Shown: in pieces, positions 36,941 through 46,077 of the stretch
How positions within the stretch are numbered: position 1 is the first letter of the stretch
Layout: each line of letters begins with the position of its first letter
Source of the DNA: an uncultured Fibrobacterota bacterium
GTDB lineage: Bacteria > Fibrobacterota > Chitinivibrionia > Chitinivibrionales > FEN-1185
Direction of reading: 5' to 3'
NCBI GenBank assembly: GCA_963729895.1
Contig: CAVSQB010000011.1
Location: 115,733 to 179,732, forward strand
DNA: 64,000 nt
Translations under genes and position numbers: made by a program
Notes under the pieces: generated by a model
Database searches by the model: none
Told to the model about the DNA's origin: nothing
The model's input: only the letters and a program-made list of their open reading frames with translations

Positions 36941-37332
36941 TTCTCCGACTCCGCAAAGGCGTCGTAGGCTGCCGCATCCATGAGGCCGGAGACCTCTGCC
37001 GGGTCGAAATTCTTGATTTTAAAGAGCCATGCCGATCCGTAGGGGTCTTTGTTTATCGCCTCGGGCTTGGTGTCAAGCGACGAGTTTACTTCTGATATTT
37101 CTCCGGACACGGGAGCGTAGATGTCGCTCGCGGCCTTCACGGATTCGATGACCGAGCAGCTTTCGCCCTTCCCGACCTTCTTCCCGATTTTCGGCAATTC
37201 GATGAATGTGATGTCTCCCAGAGCTTTTTGGGCATGGTCGGAAATCCCGACTACGGCAAGGTCGGCTTCGATCTTTACCCACTCGTGCGATTTGGCGTAC
37301 TTCCTGTCGCCGGGCGTCGGTGCGGGTGACAT
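36937..37332 (-). CDS. gcvH: Glycine cleavage system H protein
   Basis: SHEW, GISDHAQ.ALGD, IESVKAASD (lipoyl Lys), NKDPYG. Confidence 0.96.
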   Translation of the reverse strand: MSPAPTPGDRKYAKSHEWVKIEADLAVVGISDHAQKALGDITFIELPKIGKKVGKGESCSVIESVKAASDIYAPVSGEISEVNSSLDTKPEAINKDPYGSAWLFKIKNFDPAEVSGLMDAAAYDAFAESEK

Positions 37333-37361
37333 GGGTTCCTCCTTGGTTTTCAATGGTATGG

Positions 37362-38459
37362 TCAGGCCAGAAAGGCGGACAAAGCCTGCCTTGCAGTGGC
37401 CGATTTGTAAAACGGCATCTCTACTACAATCCCTGCCAGGTCGCTTCTTTCCGCGGCAACGATCACCTTGTTTCCCTTGACGCTGTCGTGGGTGCGGATG
37501 TACCCCATCGCGATGGCGCATTCCAGAGAGGGAGAAAAGCTGCCGCTTGTGATGGCGCCTATTGTTTCGCCGGAGGCGCTGCGGATAACGTCGCCGGTGC
37601 GCGCGGTCCGGCGGCCGTCGAGCTTGATCCCGCACAACAGGTGGCGAACGTTGCGGAAATCCAGCACGACGGGCGAACCGATGAATTCCTTGTGCAGTGC
37701 CAGCGCCTTTTTGAACCCGGACTCCGCCGCATTTCTTGTCTCGTCAAGCTCGTGTCCGTACAGCGGAAATCCCATTTCGAGCCGCAGCGTGTCGCGCGCT
37801 CCAAGACCGGCCGGTTGGGCGCCCATCGCAATGCAATCGTCCCAGAACAATACCGTATGCCGTTCGTCCAGATAGATTTCAAATCCGATTTCACCGGTGT
37901 ATCCTGTGCGGCTCACGAGGATGGTTTGCCCCTTATACTCGTTATGCATCCAATGATAATAGCCGAGGTCGTCAACCGGTCGTTCGAGCAATTTGTTGAT
38001 GATTTTTACGGAAAGCGGCCCTTGCAGATCAATTTTGCCGGTTTCCAAAGAAATATTTTTTAGTGATGTTTCGGGTGAGATGTTTAATTTTATCCATTTA
38101 AAATCAGCGTCTTGTGTTGACGCATTAACAACCATTAAGAACTCGGTTTCGCCGAGCCTGTAAACTATTTGGTCGTCAAGCACTCCGCCCTGCGGGTTAC
38201 AAATAAATCCGTACCTGCATTGTCCGGTCTTCATCGAGGCGACCGGGCACGATACGATCTTGTCGAGATCGGCCGCAGCCGCCGTCCCCGTTATGGAGAA
38301 TTCTCCCATGTGACAGGTGTCAAATATCGCGGCAGCCTTTCTCGCGGCAAAATGCTCAGCCACGATGCCTTCATAGCGGATCGGCATTTCAAAGCCGCCA
38401 AAGGGCGCCATGGCGGCGCCGCGAGAAATGTGGGAGTTGTAAAGAAATGTTCTTTTCAT
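37362..38459 (-). CDS. gcvT: Glycine cleavage system aminomethyltransferase T
   Basis: FGGFEMP, FDTCHMG, SRTGYTGE.GFE, GLGARDTLRLEMG. Confidence 0.96.
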   Translation of the reverse strand: MKRTFLYNSHISRGAAMAPFGGFEMPIRYEGIVAEHFAARKAAAIFDTCHMGEFSITGTAAAADLDKIVSCPVASMKTGQCRYGFICNPQGGVLDDQIVYRLGETEFLMVVNASTQDADFKWIKLNISPETSLKNISLETGKIDLQGPLSVKIINKLLERPVDDLGYYHWMHNEYKGQTILVSRTGYTGEIGFEIYLDERHTVLFWDDCIAMGAQPAGLGARDTLRLEMGFPLYGHELDETRNAAESGFKKALALHKEFIGSPVVLDFRNVRHLLCGIKLDGRRTARTGDVIRSASGETIGAITSGSFSPSLECAIAMGYIRTHDSVKGNKVIVAAERSDLAGIVVEMPFYKSATARQALSAFLA

Positions 38460-38568
38460 GATTCCGGGCGATAAGGAGCCGTCGACAACCATGCAACTTA
38501 AAAAAAATACATCGCAACAGCGTGCCTGCAAATGAAAGAAAAACCCATTCGTTTTCTTCACCGCCGGC

Positions 38569-39945
38569 CTAGTCGTACAACCCCAGGAGTTTCGTCTCGC
38601 TTATGCCGGTGATCCCCTTGCCGCGGGACCACGCGGTGACAATCGTGATCGGCGCGGCGGGAGCAATGGCGGGGGCTGCGGAGCGGAAAACACTTACCTC
38701 CGGTTCCTCCTGCCCGGCAAACTGAAGATTGAGCGGGTTCTCCACAAACCGTATCACCATGTTCTCAACGTCTGTTCCCAAATAGCAATCTGGTCCCGTC
38801 CGGTCCAAGTGCACTTTGTTTTCGAGGCGCAGTTCCCCCAGGACTTCCAGGGGCTTTGCGGCTGGCGGGAATCTTACGATGTCAATGCGATACGTGGTGC
38901 TTTCCAAAACGAGAAATACCGCGGTCCATCGCACTGCAGGCAATGATGCTGCGCTGCACGCGTACGCGAACTTGTTCCCCGTGATATTAGGACGGACTAT
39001 GTCCGAGGCTTCTTCCAAGGTTACGGGGCAAACGGCTTCGCCGTTCGCGTAGACTGTAAGGCCAAGGCGACCGTCCAGGCAAAGTCTGGTAATTGGATGC
39101 GGCAAGCATGAACAACTTCTGGCCAGAACGTGAAATACGGGAGGCTTGAGGGAATTCAGACCGACATACGAATGCGAAGCATTGCCCATGTGCCAAGCAA
39201 AGACTTCAGTCGACGGTGGATGCGGTTTGACGGCGGTGCCGCCCGCACCCTCCGTTCTTTGCGCAAAAAGCCAGGCACCCCACATGTAGCAGAGGATCGT
39301 TTCCGGCGCGGTCCGGCCCGGGCCGTGCAGTCCTTTCTTGAGTGCGACGAAATAGGAGCGCGCTGAACGTTTTGCGATCGCTTCACACCAATCGGGACAC
39401 CAACCTGCATCCAACAGGCCTTCCAGCAGAAAACAATACATCGCCAGATCCGCACCGTCCGCTTCAACGGCAACGGCCGCGCTCTTACCGTGGGCGCAAA
39501 AACAGAGGAACTTGACAAGCTCGGAGCCGTTGGAGCGGAACCGATGGGACATCGGTTCCGCTCCGGCCGCAATCTCGGCCAATGCCGTATGCGCTTCAAG
39601 AAACAACCGCCCGAAGAAGTTCCCTGGTGCGGTGAGTATTTTCGGAAGCGCAATCCGCCCGCCGCCCTTGTTCGACCGGGTGATGGTCTCAAGAAATTGC
39701 GCGAGGCCAGAGAGCGATTCCTCGGTCCGGGCGACGGGCGACGTGATAAAAGTCATCGGTATGTTCGTGAATCCCATAGCGAGCGCATTCCCCGAAGCTT
39801 GCTTCGGGGTTAGCGAGCGACTATAGACATGTTCTTTTTCCATAGGGATGGAAGATTCCTCGTCCCGTGGGACGAGGTTCTTCAATTCCAGTCCGGATTT
39901 TTGGCGGAAATCGCTGATGAAATATTTGTAGGCGGTAGAATCCAT
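38569..39945 (-). CDS. Hypothetical protein
   Basis: Long ORF between the DJ-1 gene and gcvT on the same strand; ATG 11 bp after the DJ-1 stop. Confidence 0.65.
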   Translation of the reverse strand: MDSTAYKYFISDFRQKSGLELKNLVPRDEESSIPMEKEHVYSRSLTPKQASGNALAMGFTNIPMTFITSPVARTEESLSGLAQFLETITRSNKGGGRIALPKILTAPGNFFGRLFLEAHTALAEIAAGAEPMSHRFRSNGSELVKFLCFCAHGKSAAVAVEADGADLAMYCFLLEGLLDAGWCPDWCEAIAKRSARSYFVALKKGLHGPGRTAPETILCYMWGAWLFAQRTEGAGGTAVKPHPPSTEVFAWHMGNASHSYVGLNSLKPPVFHVLARSCSCLPHPITRLCLDGRLGLTVYANGEAVCPVTLEEASDIVRPNITGNKFAYACSAASLPAVRWTAVFLVLESTTYRIDIVRFPPAAKPLEVLGELRLENKVHLDRTGPDCYLGTDVENMVIRFVENPLNLQFAGQEEPEVSVFRSAAPAIAPAAPITIVTAWSRGKGITGISETKLLGLYD

Positions 39946-39955
39946 CTCGCCCGGT

Positions 39956-40498
39956 CTACCCGTAGACAATCGATCGGGCGACGGCGTCCGCAGTGCCGCG
40001 TCCGGCAAGGAAGGAAATGATCTCCAGCGAAAAGGGGACCGCGGTGCCGGCGCCCCTGCTGGTTATGATGTTCCCGTCGATGACCACCGGTTGCTCGACG
40101 AATACCGCGCCCTCCAGCTTGTCCTGGTCGCCTGGGAAACAGGTGGCCTTCCTGTTCGCAAGGATTCCGGCCCTGGCGAAAACCAAAGGCGCGGCGCAAA
40201 TCGCCGCGCATAATCTTCCAGCGCCGAACATTCTCTTAACGAATTCGATGACCAACTCCGAGCCCATAAGGTTCTTGTGTCCCGGTCCGCCGGGCAGGAC
40301 GAGCGCGTCGGGGAAAGAAGGAATTGAAGAAAGAACTCTTTCGGTCTTCACCACTATATTGTGGGAGCCTGTGACTTCCGGGGATAGAAGACCGAGTAGA
40401 GAAACCTCGATGTGCGCCCGCCTCAACAGATCCAGCGGCGTCACTGCCTCGATCTCTTCAAACCCGTCGGCCAGGATGATCATTGCCGTTTTGTTCAT
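39956..40498 (-). CDS. DJ-1/PfpI (YajL/ThiJ) family protein
   Basis: GFEEIEA..D.LRRA, LPGG.G, AAICAAP, ITSRGAGT. Confidence 0.93.
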   Translation of the reverse strand: MNKTAMIILADGFEEIEAVTPLDLLRRAHIEVSLLGLLSPEVTGSHNIVVKTERVLSSIPSFPDALVLPGGPGHKNLMGSELVIEFVKRMFGAGRLCAAICAAPLVFARAGILANRKATCFPGDQDKLEGAVFVEQPVVIDGNIITSRGAGTAVPFSLEIISFLAGRGTADAVARSIVYG

Positions 40499-40640
40499 GG
40501 AAGGCCTCCTCCCGAAATTCTCCTCATTTCCTCGTACCAGTATCAAGATACACTACGGTCCACGCCGGCGCAAAATGGTCCATACCATATCTCCACGCCG
40601 GCCTCAATACCGGTAAACCGTTATTTCCTCTTGCTTTTTT

Positions 40641-40680
40641 CCAAAAAACCTACCTATATTCCAAAAAAGCTACCTATATT
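40641..40680. repeat. 20-bp tandem direct repeat in a divergent promoter region
   Basis: CCAAAAAACCTACCTATATT / CCAAAAAAGCTACCTATATT (19/20 identical). Confidence 0.85.
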
Positions 40681-40754
40681 ATGAATATCGGGAGTGAACG
40701 TTCGTGAGCCCTGTTTTTTTCGGCCCGACCGGACGGGGCGTGCCAAAGTAAATA

Positions 40755-43028
40755 ATGTGCAAAATCAGCCAGGAGTATCTTATGGTTGAATCTTCCAACG
40801 CAAGTACCTTATTCCAGCGCGTCCTGATGTTCGCGGCAATCCTTGCCGCGTCGCTGCCTGCGGCCGAAATATGTAATCTTACCTTCACCGGCTGCCCGCA
40901 AACATTCAACGGCGACACCATCATGGTCCCGCAGAATGTGGTCAAGATTTCGTCGCTGGTGCACGCGTGCAATGCATCGCAAACGATAACGGTGGGCGGA
41001 GGCGGCGGCACGTGTTCAATTGTCTTCGTTATTGACAATACGGGAAGCATGAAGGGGGCCAACGGAAACGATCCCACCGGGGCGCGCTTTACGGTAACAA
41101 AAGCCCTGCTCGACACCCTTTTTGCACATGCACCTCAAACGGAAGTCGGGCTTGTAGTATTCAGAGAACATCTGTTTTTCGATACCACAACCACGGAGTA
41201 CTACACCAAATATTTCAAGACGCTTAACACGGTATTGGACAACCAGCCGGACCAGGCATACCTTCCATTCATGACTCTCAACCAAACGTATGACGGCAAG
41301 CTGGGAATCGACATCATAAAAGACATTCTCACCCAAGATCCGGCGGGTGACGACCTGGTGTATCAGCCGAATTGGGCCGAGCCGACGGGCGGCGAGACAA
41401 ACATAAACGGCGCTTTTATTGGTGTAAAACAGGCGTTCCAGAGCGCAAAAAACCCAAAAGACGATCAATATGTCATTTTCATGTCCGATGGCGATCCGGA
41501 AGGAGCCGCTCAGGCAGGTCTCGATCCACACTGGTTTGATACCCCTGCCGGTACCGCCAACATGCCCACCACGTTTACAGTGTTTTTCCTCAAGGGCGGC
41601 GGCGCGGCCCCGGCTGACATCGTCACCATGACGCAAAATATCCAAACCAACGCCTATTCAACCTCAAATCCAAAGAGCAATTACTGGTCCCTGGCAAATG
41701 TGAGCTATACCAATCTCATGACCCTCCTGATGAACAATGTTGTCACCAACCTTCTCTTGTCGGGCAATCCAACCAAGATGGTGCTCAACAACATCACTTC
41801 CACAGTTTATGTAGACAGTTCCTTCTTCTTTACCGACAGTTTTCCCATAGCAAATGTTCCGACGCCGTTTACTATGAACATAACCTATCGCTATGTCAAT
41901 CCAACAACCAATATTCTTCAGGACACCGTCGTCGCGGTCCATTTTTATGTCGAGCAAAGTGCGCAAGCCACGCTACCGCCCGGCGTGGGCGAGATATGCC
42001 AGCAATACAACGGGCCCGCCCTTCCTATTCCGGTTACCGCAACGCTGCTCGACACCAACCATAACGGGCATATTGACAGAATAGATATCACCTGGACGGA
42101 CACTTCGACCATCAACCAGGTGATGCCTACCGTTGCCCAGTTTATCCAAACCTTGCAGATCACGACGCTGGACGGCCAGAAAGTGACCCTCACGGCGGTG
42201 AGTATCCAGCCGGACCTCGCAAACAAGACAATCCATATTATCCTCTCGGAAAATACGGGCAACGTGTATGAGACGGCGTGGCAGCCCAACCCGTCAATCA
42301 TTCTTACGAACTGGCCCATGTCGACAAGCGGCAGTCCCTTTGTTGTTACCGCCGTCGTAAACGGCACCCGGCCCGTTATCAGGAGCGTGTGTTTTGCACC
42401 CATGCCGGGCGCGGACACCCTCCATGTGGTGTACAGCAGTCCGATTGCAGGCCTCAACCCGGCAATCGATCCCAACAACGCCTTTTTGTTGTTTACAAGC
42501 AGCGGACAATATCCGTTTGCGGCAAACAATCCTCCGGCGTCCGTGCATGCCGATATGCTCGTGTACGTATTCCCCAGCAACACGCTGTCCGGTCTCGACA
42601 GTATCGTCGATGGCGCCAGGCCCGCATTCCACTTGTCGACGTGCGGTAATGTTTCCATCGTAGTCAAGTCGATTGCAACCGTCAACCCGTTCATGCCTGG
42701 GAAGAGCATCATTCCGCCTAATCAGAGGAACGGCGGGCCTGCAACCGGCACCCGGATCGAAGTGCTGCTCATTCCCGCAATCGTTGGCGACAAGGTAACG
42801 GGAACGGTAAGCATTTTTGACGCGGTGGGGAATGTGGTTGTGAACAGGATCCCCATGTTCCTGGATATCACTGCCGTTTCGGGTCCGAAGCTGTCCTGGG
42901 GCTGGGACGGGAAAACAAGGACCGGGTCGTGGGCCGCCCCCGGCACGTACCTGGCGAGAATTACCATTTCAGACCCGGCGCAGAATACCACGCAGAACAT
43001 TCGCCTGAACATCGGCATCAAGCATTAA
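40755..43028 (+). CDS. Secreted vWA-domain protein with an FlgD-Ig-like C-terminal domain (start uncertain)
   Basis: MIDAS-like DNTGS..T..SDG; DTNHNGHID loop; tail IFDAVGNVV..WDGK..PGTYL. Confidence 0.8.
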   Translation: MCKISQEYLMVESSNASTLFQRVLMFAAILAASLPAAEICNLTFTGCPQTFNGDTIMVPQNVVKISSLVHACNASQTITVGGGGGTCSIVFVIDNTGSMKGANGNDPTGARFTVTKALLDTLFAHAPQTEVGLVVFREHLFFDTTTTEYYTKYFKTLNTVLDNQPDQAYLPFMTLNQTYDGKLGIDIIKDILTQDPAGDDLVYQPNWAEPTGGETNINGAFIGVKQAFQSAKNPKDDQYVIFMSDGDPEGAAQAGLDPHWFDTPAGTANMPTTFTVFFLKGGGAAPADIVTMTQNIQTNAYSTSNPKSNYWSLANVSYTNLMTLLMNNVVTNLLLSGNPTKMVLNNITSTVYVDSSFFFTDSFPIANVPTPFTMNITYRYVNPTTNILQDTVVAVHFYVEQSAQATLPPGVGEICQQYNGPALPIPVTATLLDTNHNGHIDRIDITWTDTSTINQVMPTVAQFIQTLQITTLDGQKVTLTAVSIQPDLANKTIHIILSENTGNVYETAWQPNPSIILTNWPMSTSGSPFVVTAVVNGTRPVIRSVCFAPMPGADTLHVVYSSPIAGLNPAIDPNNAFLLFTSSGQYPFAANNPPASVHADMLVYVFPSNTLSGLDSIVDGARPAFHLSTCGNVSIVVKSIATVNPFMPGKSIIPPNQRNGGPATGTRIEVLLIPAIVGDKVTGTVSIFDAVGNVVVNRIPMFLDITAVSGPKLSWGWDGKTRTGSWAAPGTYLARITISDPAQNTTQNIRLNIGIKH

Positions 43029-43043
43029 GCACGGCGTTCCGGG

Positions 43044-44249
43044 TCAGCGTGCAATCGTTATCTTGAAGATTTCCCGCTGCCGTACCCGCGGGGACAGTTG
43101 GTGAAGGGCGAGAGCGAGGACCGTTCGGGCGTCCGGTCTTTCCGGCCGGATCCGGCGTGCGGCTGATCCGTTTACAGAGACGAAACAGGGTTCTCTTGCC
43201 GGCCCGGGAAACGAACAGGCCGCCCATTTCAGGCCTGTCGCGCGTACCCGAAGCGTGTCCAGGGTCCAGGAGGCGTTGATCGAAGCCTCCGCACTATTCG
43301 ATTCAATTTCCCAGCCGATGCAGTTCTCCGGAAGGTTCGGCAATCCCGGCGTAAAAATCCACGAAACCGATTTGCGCGTGACCGGTCTGCTCCATAGGCG
43401 GATGATTTTCGTCAGGTTTCCGTATTCCTTTTCCCGATAGTCAAAGCCGTGTTTTTCCTCCGGATATTCCCTGTGTTCCACCGCAACGCCGTTTTGTTCC
43501 AACCATGAAATGAACTGCATTACCTGCGGAAAAGGATAGATCCGGTCCTGTCCCGCATTGATGTTGAGAATGGGCCGCTGCATCAGGTTCTGGGGATAGA
43601 GCTTGAGCCCGAAAGAAAAAAGCATTCCTCCGTATCCGGACACCGCAATGAATCCTGCAAACGGGTCGCTCAGGGTATTTGCGGCGAGATAGCACCCGGT
43701 TGCGCCGTCCGAAACGCCCGCGAGAAAGATCTTGTCCGGATCGATAGGGTAGCAGAGGGACATAAAACGAATTGTCTGGAGAATCCTTTGCATGCCCGCG
43801 GCGCTCCACCAGGGCGCGTCTCTGTTTGCAGAAGGGCTTGCCAGAAACAAATTGACCGAATCCGCAAGGGCGGAAAGCATATCGTAGGCCAATTCTCCCT
43901 TTGTGGTGAGGGTGGTGCCGGTCCCGCCGTGCAGGTACACTACCAGGGGATACAGCGTATCAAACCTGAAGGAAGCGGGAGTCTTCCACCCCAGCGTGTA
44001 TGATGAGTTGAATGTGTCGGCGAGCACCGTGGTATGAGCGCCCGAAGGACCGCGGGACGCCAGCATGGCCGCTTGTGCAAGTGAATCCTGTTTATCCACG
44101 AAGTACCGGTACGACAGCAGGGAATCGGTGAGGGCAGTGGATGGGCAGACAAACCACCGTCCGTACAGTTCGGCTGCCTGCTGGGGCATTGCCACCTGTT
44201 TCTGGCAACACAGGAGAACAGCGATGCTGGCGAGAAAGAAATGTTTCAT
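43044..44249 (-). CDS. Lipoprotein alpha/beta hydrolase
   Basis: Lipobox-like LLC-C, YPLVVYLHGG, GVSDG, AGQD, EKHG. Confidence 0.75.
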   Translation of the reverse strand: MKHFFLASIAVLLCCQKQVAMPQQAAELYGRWFVCPSTALTDSLLSYRYFVDKQDSLAQAAMLASRGPSGAHTTVLADTFNSSYTLGWKTPASFRFDTLYPLVVYLHGGTGTTLTTKGELAYDMLSALADSVNLFLASPSANRDAPWWSAAGMQRILQTIRFMSLCYPIDPDKIFLAGVSDGATGCYLAANTLSDPFAGFIAVSGYGGMLFSFGLKLYPQNLMQRPILNINAGQDRIYPFPQVMQFISWLEQNGVAVEHREYPEEKHGFDYREKEYGNLTKIIRLWSRPVTRKSVSWIFTPGLPNLPENCIGWEIESNSAEASINASWTLDTLRVRATGLKWAACSFPGPAREPCFVSVNGSAARRIRPERPDARTVLALALHQLSPRVRQREIFKITIAR

Positions 44250-44300
44250 GACGCGGTTCTGCCGGGGATTGCCGGTCCGGTGCGGGCCTACGGCAGGAAT

Positions 44301-44663
44301 CTATTGCTGCTCCACGCTCATTGCGCGTTCGAAATCGGCCCGGGAGCGGTAAATGGGAACAAAGGAGTCAAAGCCGACGATGGTAACTATTCCCATGATG
44401 TCCTCATTCGCACCGAATACCACGAGTCCGCCCTGCTTTTCCTTGAGGCGGTTCTGGTAATTGAGCATAAGCGTCATGGCGCTGGAATCCAGGTGGGTGG
44501 TCTTGGTGAGATCAAGCGCCACCTGGGGACAAGGTTTCTCTCTGAGGGGTTCGAGGACTTTTCTGATCTCTGCAACGAACTTGATGACGAATTTACCATC
44601 AATGGCAACAATGTTCCATGAGTTCCAGGGTTCCGCAGAAACTTTTGTTGTGGTTTGTTCCAT
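44301..44663 (-). CDS. STAS-domain anti-sigma-factor antagonist
   Basis: ALDLTKTTHLDSSAM, about 120 aa. Confidence 0.88.
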   Translation of the reverse strand: MEQTTTKVSAEPWNSWNIVAIDGKFVIKFVAEIRKVLEPLREKPCPQVALDLTKTTHLDSSAMTLMLNYQNRLKEKQGGLVVFGANEDIMGIVTIVGFDSFVPIYRSRADFERAMSVEQQ

Positions 44664-44829
44664 GGTATCCACTCTCTAGGCGATGCGCCGTGGAATGGTG
44701 AAAACGATGGGTAAGGTCGGCATGCCGCGCAGCGGGTGCGTGCACGGCACTACCGTACCTAAAATAATAATTATCTATCGTGCCGCAAACGGTAATCGCT
44801 ATCCGTTCGCGATTGACGCGAAAGGCCGG

Positions 44830-46002
44830 CTATTGCGCTTCTTTGGTTCCGGCGTACAGCTCGTACTCATACAGTCTACATTCAATCGTGCCGTTTAGAA
44901 ACGGTATTCTTCTCCCGGCTTTGAGGCCGATCTTCTTTACCAGGTCGAAATTGCCGGAAAAGACGTAGCCGGTGTAGCCCATGCAGCGCCGTTTGAGAAA
45001 ATCGCCGATCCTTTTGTACACCAGCGGAAGCTGCTCCGGATCACCCATGCGAATCCCGTATTCGGGGTTTAAGACCGCGATGCCGCCTCCCTCCGGTACC
45101 GGGGTGGCGTCGAATTCGCATTCGTCAAAGGTGATGAATGATTCCACGCCGGCTGCCCTCGCGTTTTCCCTTGCGCCCGATAAGGCTTTCGCGTCGATGT
45201 CCGTTGCGACAATGGCGCCCCTTGCGCCGGTGAGTTCCCCCTGCGCGCATTCCGTTCGCAGCGCATCAAAATCATTCTTGTCGTAGGGAAGAAGGTGCAT
45301 GAATCCGAAATTCTTTCGCAAGGTTCCTGGCTTCCTGCGCAGGGCGAACAGCGCCGCTTCGATCGCAAGGGTGCCGCTTCCGCACATGGGATTGACAAAA
45401 TGAGATTGCCCGCGCCATCCGGTTGCCCGGACGACTCCGCTCGCCAGCGTTTCCTGCAGGGGCGCGCTTCCGGGGAGGAACCGGTAACCGCGCCTCGAAA
45501 GCGGTTCTCCTGACGTGTCGATATACAAGGAACACTTGTCGTCCTGCCAGTGGAGGTGCACGACCGCGCCGTCTCTGCGGGGACCGCTGTTGCACCGTGC
45601 GCCGGTTGCATGCGCAAGCCTGTCGACAATGGCGTCTTTGCATTTGAGGTTGGCAAAGCGAGTGTCCGTTATGCACGCGGTTTTTACCGTCGATGTCACC
45701 GTGAGCGTCGTGTCGAGAGGAATAAGCCGCTCCCAATCGAGCGAGGAAACCGCGGCGTAGAGCTGGTCGGGCGTTGTGCAGTCCTGCGCGAGTACCTGGT
45801 ACAGGACATGGTGTGCGGTGAAAAGCGAGAGATTGAGGAGCATGCAATCGTGCAGTGACCCGTGCGTGCGGATTCCCGTGCGGTACTGACCGTTTACCTG
45901 CATGCCGAGTTCTTCCAGTTCCGCCCGGACATAGGGTGATAATCCCTGAGGACACGTTACGAGTATGCTTGATGTGTCGTGTTTGAAATCGCGCGGCAGC
46001 AT
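44830..46002 (-). CDS. THUMP-domain RNA methyltransferase (RlmL/YpsC-like)
   Basis: DTSGEPL.RRGYR, APL.ETLA, NPMCGSGT..IEA, NPEYG.R. Confidence 0.88.
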   Translation of the reverse strand: MLPRDFKHDTSSILVTCPQGLSPYVRAELEELGMQVNGQYRTGIRTHGSLHDCMLLNLSLFTAHHVLYQVLAQDCTTPDQLYAAVSSLDWERLIPLDTTLTVTSTVKTACITDTRFANLKCKDAIVDRLAHATGARCNSGPRRDGAVVHLHWQDDKCSLYIDTSGEPLSRRGYRFLPGSAPLQETLASGVVRATGWRGQSHFVNPMCGSGTLAIEAALFALRRKPGTLRKNFGFMHLLPYDKNDFDALRTECAQGELTGARGAIVATDIDAKALSGARENARAAGVESFITFDECEFDATPVPEGGGIAVLNPEYGIRMGDPEQLPLVYKRIGDFLKRRCMGYTGYVFSGNFDLVKKIGLKAGRRIPFLNGTIECRLYEYELYAGTKEAQ

Positions 46003-46077
46003 GGTTCCTCTGACTACTCTTGGTGTCGGGTCCGCAGGCCGGAGCGCCTAAAATACATTGTCCGGCCCGACGCTTGG

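Noticed and set aside
38460..38568. Glycine riboswitch upstream of gcvT
   Set aside because: The gap is about 110 bp and I find no glycine aptamer core (GGAGA...CCGAAG...CTCTCAGG).
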